Below, one piece after another: positions 9,559 through 21,500 of a stretch of DNA of 64,000 nt. Every line of letters starts with the position of its first letter. Positions within the stretch are counted from its first letter, which is position 1. The position numbers and the translations under genes are program-made. The notes under the pieces are model-generated. The model worked only from the letters and a program-made list of their open reading frames with translations, ran no database searches and was not told the DNA's origin. This DNA is from Tubulanus polymorphus (lineage: Eukaryota; Animalia; Nemertea): the NCBI RefSeq assembly GCF_964204645.1, contig NC_134036.1:2604001-2668000 (forward strand), given 5' to 3'.

Positions 9559-12500
9559 CTAAAGTTCTTCTCTTAGTTTCACCATCGCTTCATGAATTTT
9601 CTCAACGAGCCACTGGAAAGAAAACATATCAATTACATCGTGTATACTATGTAGATTACATTGGCTACCCACAAAGAGCCGAATCTAAATATTAGTCCAG
9701 GCTGGTTTTATAGACAGGCATTACCTTTAACCCGGGGGTTAACTCAATTGAAAATGAATTGAGTTAACCTTCGGGTTAAAGGTAATACCAGTCTATAAAA
9801 CTCGGCCCAGATCTTTAAGCGCGTTCATGGCATTGCTCCTGTATATTTACAGAACCTCATCAGCATCAAGACATGTAGCGGCACAGAACTACAAGATCTG
9901 TTAATAAAAATATGTTTGTGGTACGTAGAACACACACAAGGTGCGGTGATCGTAACTATCAATCTTATGGACCTGGTTTATGGGATGCACTGCCTGTCGA
10001 GATATTTGGGAGTTGATAACATCGAGGCATTTAAACTTAGTTAAAACGTGGCTATCTAAAAGCGCCTTCGGAGTTTTCGGAATAGCGCTTTACGAAAGAC
10101 TCTCATCATTATCAACAATTAATCCAACAGATTCTGTAAATTCGATTTGAATAAATTAGAATCAGTTCTTACCTCGGCAGTTTTCATATCAGTCACTTGC
10201 ACCACTTTTCCCACCGTGCTGCTTCCGAAAAGCTTCTTTTGTTTTTCCTGCAAAACGAAGATATTGAAATGCATAAAGAATGGTATTCATCCCGCTATGT
10301 GATTGGTGGAAGAACTTCGTCCTGCAATCTGATTGGTTGAGGAACCTTATTCTGCAACCTGATTGGTCAAGGAGCCTCATTAAAAAATCTGATTGGTTGA
10401 GAAGCCTCATTCTGCAATCTGATTGGTTGAAGAACCTCGTTCTGATATCTGATTGGTTGAGGATCTTCGTCCTGCGACATGATTGGTCAGGGACAATTTC
10501 TTCAATGACATTTTATTGGCAATTTTTGTCAAAATAGGAGAAGTCCTACGATAGCATCAAAAAAGTTATATATAGTGATATGAAAAATCCAGATTCGTCA
10601 AAGTAGAGATGAATTAAGATGAATTTCATTAAGTCTATGGTTATTTACACTATAGACAGCCATGGGGAATGATCACAAATAAAGCAAGAAAGTGAAGATT
10701 TGTTACATATGGCAAGAAACAAGTAGAGACAATTTGCCAGAATCAGAGTCCACAGCCTAGCATTTCCACTTACCCGCCGGCATAGCAAGAAGGACCGGAG
10801 GTCGCGACGAACAGATGGATGTTTTGTACCCTGAAGAGGGCAGCAAAAACACTTAAATATTGTAAGCTATAAGGGTATGGCCGCGAAAATTTGTCAAGCT
10901 CACACCACCAGCAATTGGACTCCTTTCTATAAACACACTACACATCTTACCCCAAAACCACAAAACTATATACGCCTACCAGTGGACTTATGTAATGATT
11001 AGAAATAAAATTCACCAATGATAATTTTGATACATTTCTAACCTCAACAATCACCACACATCATAGAAAATAACATATTCATGCAAAGCAGTTTTCAGTA
11101 CCGATATGCAAAAAATTTCGACCGAAACAGCAACCAAAAACCACAATTTATTCATTAGAATAAAAGGAAAATTTTTTAGTTTTTGATTTCAATATCATTA
11201 TTCGTTACCTTTGCCTCAATTTCAGGCTGGAAAAGTTCATGTATGATAAGAAATGATTGGTTAATTTTGAGCAATACCAGAAAGGACAGGATCACTTCAA
11301 TTTCGCAACGGGGCATCTCTTCTAATCAAGTCAAAAAGTACAGAGTTCAGAGTTCTCTTAGAATCATTGCAATCAGATATATCATTGCAAGCAAAAAGGA
11401 TTAAAAGCATCAACGGAAATCATTTTTGGGTTCACACGTTTTTGACACTGACAACAGAATTATCAATCCAACAGAAATTAATGATCATGCATGTAATCTC
11501 TACAGGCACATGTTTCGACAACATTACACGCACATGTACATGTCCAAAACATACAGCACTATTCTACTATCTAAATATCTTCGACGATTCAGTAAAATTA
11601 TGATGCGTTACTAATGATGACCTTTTCATTCTCAATAACTTCAACCATTCAGTAAAATTATGATTAGTTACTAATGACAACCTCAATAGCTTCACATTTT
11701 CAGTAAAATCATGATCAGGTTACCATCTCAATAACTTCAATCAGTGATAAGTTGTTAATGATAATGAATGTAGATCGCAATGAACCCATTGGTAACATAC
11801 CTTCAGCAATATTTGAACTCCTTTTGATGTTAGAGATGGCGGTTCTTTCAGATCAGACCACATATAATGCCAGTCACAATCCCACGCACCGAATATCTCT
11901 CCTTTTGACACAAAAATCAACCGTCTACAGAAATTAATGACATTCAGTTCTGATTAATAGGTTATAGTTCAACCGGCACACATTCCAGATTCTCCTTTCA
12001 GGTTATGGTTTCATTAATTACCTGTTTGTTACTAATAGAATGTGTTTATAGTCTTTGGTTAAAACGATATGAGCTACGTATTTGTCGCCCATGAATTTGC
12101 CTTTTTCCGTTTCCTGAAAAACATTTAGAGAAACATCCAACTTTAGATCATCTAAGTCTTTATGCAGTTCCGAGTCTAAACGTTACTTCAGAAAATGTTC
12201 TACGGTGGAACCTCTTTAATACGGATCTTGTGGGCTTAAGTGAAATTGTTGTATTAACCCTTTCAGTGCGTCTACACCGCAGTGCGGTGTATAAATCAGT
12301 GATGGATTTTGCTAGTACACCGCACAGCGGTGTATTGATGTAATTAGTAATTTGTAATTATCTCTATTGAAAAATGGCAGCAAGTGTCAAACATAGTGAA
12401 ATATTAGTAACTAACGATACACCGCACTGCGGTGTAGACGCACTATAGTGGTATTCCCGTTGTTCAACACACTAGGGTGGAATTTTTTAGAATTTTCAAA

Positions 12501-15500
12501 TTTTCTCCAGCACTAGAGGGTATTAATTAGTCAGCACTGAAAGGGTTAAAGGGGTTTGGTATTATTCAAAGCTTGATTAATATGAATATGTTAGTTGAGA
12601 CATGCTGGAAATCATTGTAATAAATGAGGTTTGTCTTTAACAGAATCGCATTAATGAGTTTCAAATGTAGCTTGGCTTCAACCAATCTTTCATGAATTCT
12701 CAGAAAAATTGTACGTCTACATGATCGCCATCTAGCGTCCGGGGTTGATACTAACCTGAAGCACGTTATTTCCCTCGGCTTCGCGATGTCGATACGGACG
12801 TAGAATGCCATCTGGTGGCAAAAACCGCGGCGGGCGAAGACGATGAACCTCATCGGTATTTTCAGCGACCCTTTTAACACAGGAAAATTTTCTTATTCAG
12901 AATCCGAGCTAGGTTTTCATATTTTAGATCAGGATTCTCGACATATTTTAGAAATTAAGATTTCTACTCTTTTAATTACCTTCTCATTACTTCAAATGAA
13001 CTACTAGCAAAGTCTACTACACCGCTGGCTGGTCGCGTGATAGCTCCAACTAGACCTTTACCCATTCCTTAAACGGCAAAAAACAGAAACATAACATATC
13101 ACGCGTTAAAAGACATCAGCAACATCCGGAATCTACTTCGACATTTAAGCGAATCGCTATGTGGTACTGTTATCTGAAGCGTACTGATGATATTGTGTCA
13201 ATTTAGCAGGGCTGCCAACATATGAAAAGTGCTATCAGCAACAAATTGAATTTTTTGTCAATAACCATTGATATTATACTAGTAGCACTTATTAAGACAA
13301 GTGAATCGCGTATTATCACTGCATGTAATATGTATTGATATTCACAAGTCGATGCAAACCTTTGAAGAAGCCTTCGACTCCTTCCTTTTTAGCACCTTCC
13401 ACCGGACGCATGACGATTCCGGTAACACCATCCACGACACCCTGAAATAAATTGAAAACATAGAAAGAAACAAAGACTTAAGATCGTACATTAGTTTCTA
13501 ACTATTACTGAAAAAGACCCGACACAGAAGACAGATCCAGACCACACTACCCATAAAATTGTCCCATAGTCCCTTATCCTTATAGATCCAGACCCCAGTG
13601 CCCTTAAGTCCCTTATCTTAATAGAACCTGACACTCCTGAACCCTTAAGATCATCCCCTAGTTCTGTGGTTTTATAGAACCAGACTCCTGAACCCTTCAG
13701 ATCATCCCCTAGTCCATTATCCTTATAGAATCAGACTCCTGAACCCTTAAGACTAGCTGGACCCTTACCATGACTAAACCTTTGCCACCGCGAGCGAGAC
13801 CCTCGCCGACATTCGCCGGTCGTTTATTCATTTCCTCGCGACGTTTTCGTTGATAATCTTCGTCCATCGTCAACGACGCCAAACCTTTACCCAACGTTCC
13901 AGTGATTCGCGAAACGGCTCCGGCAGCGCCACCTAATGTCAAAATATGAAACAATGACTACGTTTACAGAACTGATTAAATTTTGTCGATGATTTTAGAG
14001 ATAAACGCTGATTAATTCCAGAAATGTAACTAAACTGCGGATTGAAGCTTACCGACTGCGTGTCCGATGAGACTTCGAACGCCGAGAGCAAGACCTTCGG
14101 CGAATTCCTCGGGACCCTGAATCGCTCCCTGATATGGTTCATAAAACAGATCTTCAATACCTGAAAAATAATATCAGAATTTTTAGCAACTGTTCTTGAT
14201 TCAGGCAGCACAAGTCCATGGTGTAATCAGTCAAAGATAGCCTAACAAGTAAAACAAAGAAGAAGCGACAAATGTTTAATGCTAATGTTGTTTGCTTAAA
14301 TTTAACCAACCCATAAATACCATACTACCAGTAGATCTCAGTTCTATTTGTCACTCCTTCATCAACTAATTATGTGTTGAACTTATAAGCAACTTGTCTT
14401 CAAATAACCATTGATAAAACACTATACCCGTGTTGTGACGATGTTGAGAATCCCACAATAATCTCTAGACCCAACCTAGTCATTTAAACACTAAACCTCT
14501 AGAATCTAATCCTCTAAACTGTATAGAACCATCCCCCTAGACCCTACCCCTCTTACACCTGGGGCCAGTTGCACAGTCGTGACTTAAGTCAAAAAGTTTT
14601 CTTAAATCTTAAGACTGGTCTTAAGTTGTTAGATTGGCTATAGAACTAAGTTGGTCTTAGACTGGTCTTAAGTCTAAGCCATGACTATGCAACCGGCCCC
14701 TGATACTACAATCTAGTAAATCCTAACCCTCTAAATCCAAACCCTCTAAACTCTCTAACGTACTAACCCTCTTGAATATCTAACCTACTAAATCCTAATC
14801 TTCTAGACCCTAGATCCAATAGATAATAATATTAAGTCTGAAAATATTTCTTGAGCTAGTAGTTTACCGTCGTCTGGCCTTTGTAAATCGAATATCATAA
14901 TTTCCTTTCGATCTCTTACCTTGTGCTACTCCTCGTATGACGCCGAATGGATTGCCCAACACATCGAGCCCGAGGACGAGTACGTACATCTGTTTGATAG
15001 CCTGACCCGAATAATGAGACACCATCTCACCGGTCAGCTGCTGTTGATTGTAAAATTTGTATTTTCTCTCGAAGAACGCCAACCTACAGAGATAAACGGT
15101 TATAATTGAAACATCAATTATGTATTCATGAATTCTGTTGGTTTTTGTCTATAGTTCAATTGAAAAAAGCCACAATTATGAAGAATATCTAAGAGTATTG
15201 ACGTTTTGACTCAATTCTGAGCCATTTTAAAAACTAAGAGAGTAGTAACGTTTAGACTCAATTAATTCGATGAGCCATTTTCTAAAACCAAGAGCAAACT
15301 TTAGAATATTGGGCTCACGGCAATAAAGTCGAAAGGTTGATACTCTTTTAATATTTGTAAATCTGTGTTTGAAAATTCTGTAATTATTTTTTTTTTGTGT
15401 AACTCACTTGAACACTACGTCTTGCACGTCGGTGAGGACGACTCCAACACTTTGTAGGAACAGATTGATGAAATTCATACCGACCGGGGTGGCGCTCTTG

Positions 15501-18500
15501 TTCCCATTCTCTTCTGAAGAATCGGATCCTTGCAACGAGAAACTTATGTGAATCTGAAAAAAAAATTGTTTAAGATTTCTCTCAAATTCTGCGGAAAGAT
15601 TCTCAATGACTTCAACGATTCAATAAAATTATGATCAGCTACTTATGATGATCTTCTCATACTCAATAACTTCAACAATTCAGAAAAATTATGATTAGTT
15701 ACTCACTGTAATGTCACCTTGTGATGAATGTGAGTTTTATTTTAACTTTGTATATAGAACTTAAGCTAAATAAATTTCAAATGCTTGAAAAAATAATAAA
15801 ATTCAATGATTCAGTAAAATTATGATTAGTTACTTATGATGACCTTCTCATCCTTAATGAATTCAATGATTCAGTAAAATTATGATTAGTTACTAATGAT
15901 GACCTTCTCATTCTCAATAACTTCAACTATTCAGTAAAATTATGATTAGTTACTAATGACGACCTTCTCATTCTCAATGCCTTCAACGATTCAGTAAAAT
16001 TATGATCAGCTACTTATGATGATCTTCTCATTCTCAATAACTTCAACAATTCAGAAAAATTATGATTAGTTACTCACTGTAATGTCACCTTGTGATGAAT
16101 GTGAGTTTTATTTTAACTTTGTATATAGAACTTAAGCTAAATAAATTTCAAATGCTTGAAAAAAATAAAAAAATTCAATGATTCAGTAAAATTATGATTA
16201 GTTACTTATGATGACCTTCTCATCCTTAATGAATTCAATGATTCAGTAAAATTATGATTAGTTACTAATGATGACCTTCTCATTCTCAATAACTTCAACT
16301 ATTCAGTAAAATTATGATTAGTTACTTATGATGACCTTCTCATTCTCAATGACTTCAAAAGATTCTGTGAAATTACGAGTAGTTACTAATGACGACCTTC
16401 TCATTCTCAATAACTTCAACTATTCAGTAAAATTATGATTAGTTACTTATGATGACCTTCTCATTCTCAATGCCTTCAAAAGATTCTGTGAAATTACGAG
16501 TAGTTACCTTCAAGGGCGAGAAATGAAGATCGTCGTAGAAGTTTTTCTGTCCTTCGGCGATGAGACTTCCAACGTCGGACTCCATCAACGAACTACTAAC
16601 CATCAAAGCATCTTCCTTAAATTTCTCAGACTGTCGGAAAAAAAAAACGTAGATTGAAATAATTAATAACCGATATCTGAATTCTTATAGAATTTAGAGA
16701 AATCGAGGTATGTTTTTTGCATTTTCAACGAAAGTTTCCACCGATAATCCTGACATGCTGCTTTCTTGCTGCACTCATATGTGAAAACCAAACCTCGGAT
16801 ACAACAACCACAATAAATCATTCATTATCCATGCTTCATCAATGTTAAGAATTTCTTCTCATAAAATAATACAATGCTTCATTAATTACCCTTTACCAAA
16901 AACTCGGGCAAAACTTTAAATATTCTTGATAATCGTAATTTTGAATACATCTGCACTCAGTTCGACAGTTTGTGAGTTTGGGTATTTCTCACAGATGTGG
17001 ACTGAGGTACAGAGCCCAGTTCTACAGCGCTGTGAGTTAGTACTTTCAGAGATACCAGATCTCCAACAGCCATAGAACTAGGTGTCTCATTCACAAACCC
17101 TAAACCTTTTTGAAACCATGCTTTATTTGCGAATTAATAATAAAATAAAATATTTCATCCATAAAAATACGTTGCCGCTAAACAAATGGAACCTGTCTCC
17201 ATAGTGATAATATATTCCGTGATCCGGTTTCCTTGGCAACCCTGTATCTGCGGTGACGAGAATATTTCAGTGATCGATAATAAGTTTCCATGGCGATATA
17301 AATGAGCAAAGCGCGCGCATGGCGATCAGTGCTGTATAACAATGACTACTACGACCCACGCGATGTTACCATAGCGATATACGCACCCGGTAATTCAGGT
17401 AATAAAGAGTTATTATATTCCAGATATCGTGTTGTAAATTGCCGAGTACTCGACGCGAATGAATCAACAATCGACTCGTAACCGACGGCAACATCGAACG
17501 TAAATAGAACGCCTGAATCGAGAATTTGAATCGAGTTTTTTTCGTTCGTTCGTTTTTATTGAGGGAACATTTTGTTGATCGTCATAAGCGCCCTCTCTTG
17601 GAGAGAAATGTAAACTAACGAAAAGAAAAGCAAACAGAGCTGCCAACAGCTGAAAAGTTGCTATCAGTAACAAATTGAATTTTCTAATGAAACAAAAAAT
17701 GTTCAAACTCATCAGTAATCAAAGGGGTAGACCCTCAGAAACAAATCAAATCAGTATTTCTAAAATAGTAACAAATACTGAAAATTAGGAACAGTTGGCA
17801 GCTCTGGGCGTTTATAAATCCTAAAATTTGAAAAAAGAATTTTGCTGAAATGAAATAAACCTCACAAAGCGACCTCTTCGATAATTTGATCGGTTAAAAA
17901 TCAACGATCGACCGATTACGATTTTCCGAGATTAGAAAAAAAAGCTCGTAATAGATTTGTAGTAGATATCGTTCCTGCTGTGTTCACCTGTGACCTTCAC
18001 CTGTGATCGCCATGCCGGATGCACCGCGAACGCACGCAGACCCTGGCGAGTGAGCCGTCGGAACTTACCACACGAATCAAGTCTTTCTCGTTCGTAAACA
18101 ATAAGTCGACGTTTCCTAAATGTCCTGGTTTATGGACTTCGATTACCTGTATGTATCATAGCAACACGTGATTGCGAAATTCAACAATATAAAAACAATC
18201 TCCGGTTTACACCGGGTCTGGATTATTGTAAGCAGGCCGTCTCGTGAAAAAGATTAACTCAAAATTTACCGCTTCATTGCTAGTCGTGTAGCCAAGTAAT
18301 GAGGTACCGGACGCAGACACCAGATGGCGCCGTGAATTGATTGTCTAAGGAGAAAAGTAGATTCCCAAAACTTAAGTTAATTGTATAAGAAATTGAAGCG
18401 CTGTAACCTAGGGACCACTAGCGACACCTGGTGGATCCATTCTCGGCGCTGTAGTGGTGACGGTACCTCATTTGGTTAAAACTTTATAAGGAAAACTTTT

Positions 18501-21500
18501 TCATAGAGTCTTCTTTCACTTACATGCGGTTTAAGCTCAACCCAATCGGCGATTAGCTCACGCACAATTTAGCTTACAATTCTATGGTGATCACAAAATT
18601 AAAAGCGATCACTAAATCTTAAACAACTAACTCATCAACGTGAAGCGCAAATAAACCAATCAATCGAAATAAATTTTTTGAAAGCACATTAGTAAATACT
18701 TCATCAACAAAGTCAACAAGGACCTGCAGTTTCTCAAAAAAGTTCAACTCATTCAAATGTATATCATAGGAGTTGATTTTTTAAACTTTGTCCTGAGAAA
18801 TGGCCCTAGATTGATGACCGTAAACACGTACAGCTTAAGACAACTAAATGTGCTTGAACAAACATTATGAATTATTACCACATGGCCCTCTTGGTATCCC
18901 TATCATTTTTAGGCGAAGAACCAAAGAAGATCAGAAGAGACACATTTAAATTAACATTTTGATTACGATCGGAAAAATTATAGCTAAATTCATAATTCTA
19001 AAGAGGAAGAATATACACTGTACTTACATAGTCTGGTTCGGGTACAGATGAGGCAAACAGCCCGATGAGTTGAGTGAGGAATCCTTGATCAACTTTCACC
19101 GACATTTCCTGGACGAGCACCTTAAAATACCTGCAATTAGAAATCAAACACTCTCGGGTAATCAAGCGCAGAAAAAGACTTTTCGAAGAGTCCTTTTCAG
19201 AGACTCTTGGTTTCTAATATTCATGAATTCGATCTCATATCTAAGATTCCCCCCTTACAATATGAAACATTATTGATAAAGAACTTATAAAAGCATTGTT
19301 AAAGCTTAGGAGATGAGATTTTAAAACAGAATCAGTTGGGCTATATTCAGCTATTCAGCTATTCAGTTTAACAAATATTCTTCGGAAGGAAATTCCATAA
19401 ATGAGGTGTTAATGTAGCTAATAAAGGCTTTTTTGTCAAGTATAGAGGTCTGTGATGTCATAGTTTGTTTCTCAACGAGTGCAAGATATCACAAAATAAC
19501 TAAATTCGAGGATTTATAAACTTAGAGCATTTGTCATGTTAATCACTTATTGTGTTTATTAATCAATATGGCCAGGTCAAGTCGAAAAGCATAAAAGCAC
19601 ATGGCTGCATGACCTCTATACATCATAAGCTCCTTATACCTCCTCATCTCCCACTCTCTCCTCTCTCCCTATCTCTCACTCTCCTCCCTCCCTATCTCTC
19701 ACTCTCTCCTCCCTCCCTATCTCTCATTCTACTCCCTCCTTATCTCCTTATCTCTCACTCTCTTCTCCCTCCCTATCTCCCTATCTCTCACTCTCTCCTC
19801 CCTCCCTATCTCCCTATCGCTCACTCTCTCCTCCCTCCCTATCTCCCTATCTCTCACTCACTCCTCCCTCCCTATCTCCCTATCTCTCCTGCTCACCTGA
19901 ATTGCACGACCGATGAATGTTCATTTTTACGCAGCATGATTGTCGCCTCGGTGAACGGTTTCGGTACGGATTCGGCGGCGACTGATTTCGGAGGCGGAAT
20001 CGGTGCCAGAACGGTCGGGAAAACACAACCCGGAACCTGACTGTCCAACTGCAATATACAACAATTTATCTTTAATAATATACTTGACTCTCTTCTATTC
20101 AAGAATTTTTTATCTTTGAATCATTGTGGGATTTCTCTCGTCATACCACAATTTATCTTTAATAATATGCTAGACCTTTCTTGGAGTCCATAATCAGAAA
20201 ATTGACATGATCATAAAACAGTAGATCCTTTGAAGGAAGCTTTCATGAATCCCTCTTTGACATAATGAAATGATGGTAGTTCGTATAGATAGTTCCAAGA
20301 AAGATGCACAATAGACCTTAAACACCAACTCTGGCATTTCCAGAGTACCATTAACATGTACCACATTCCAGTTGACCCAACCTTCTTCTCTGCTGAGCAC
20401 ACTGAAACACCAGCTCTGGCAAGCATACAACCCTCACCCTACTGAGCACACTGAAACACCAGCTCTGGCAAGCGTACCTGTAAACGATGTATTTTCGCGT
20501 GGAATTGAACTTGATGCGGAGAAGTTCGATATTGCAGGAAGATTCCCGTTTGGAACGAACGACGTATTTGACGTTTATGCGGTTTATACATCATCAACTC
20601 ATTAAAATCAACCTGAAAAATATCAAGACAAATCGCTGAAAATTATGTTACATGGTGCGCATCCTTTTACAGGGTAGCGACTTTTATCTAAATTGCTTTT
20701 TTCCCCGACTATTCCCCGATTATTCCCAGACATGCACGTTGTTTTCCCTGACTCGATCAGCTAAGAATCCAATCGATCAACACAGTCAAATACGTAAGAC
20801 ATAAACAGAAACTTTTTGATCATATGTACAATCTAGCAGTCTCAAAATATTTCCTGGACTTCTCCCAAATTTTTTAGCATTTCCACAAAATTCCCTGACT
20901 TTTTCAGTGGCCACTCTGTTTTCATGAACAGAGACTCATGTTTTACATAGCAGCATAAAAGACACCTCAAAAATTCCTTCTCGCGCATTGCTTACCTCGA
21001 CTTTATCTTTGTCTCCGAGGATCATGCGCGGATTCGGAGTTTCCCCGATCGATATTTTATCCTGATAAACCTGATACGCCGCTTCGATCAAACGATTGAA
21101 TTTATTCTTCAGGGCTTTGTAACGTTTTCGTTTCTCTTCCCAAACAACACCAGAACTAGCAACGACGCAAAAAAGCACGAATCAAAGTTCAGCGTTTAGA
21201 TAAAAGACAAGTTTCGATGTTCGTAATAGAAGATGGATGCCTCCTAAATCCCCCTATGACATCATCTTACTGTCTCTCTCACCTGGTGATTGCGAGATAA
21301 GCAATTTCCATGCGACTGTAGTTGTTCACTAAAGACAAACCAAATCCTTTTAGAGACACTTTCAAATCCATATCCACTCTTTCAACATCCGTCTGTAGAA
21401 GACAAGGTAGACAAATTCAATTACTCAGGGATTTTTCATCTTTAAATTTAAAAGTTGGTTCTACAACTGACTGCCGGTAGTCCTAAAGATTTTCCTGGGA

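Noticed and set aside
19552-20040. 162-aa Leu/Pro/Ser-rich ORF on +
   Set aside because: A translated CT-rich minisatellite plus the antisense of a VPS13 exon.
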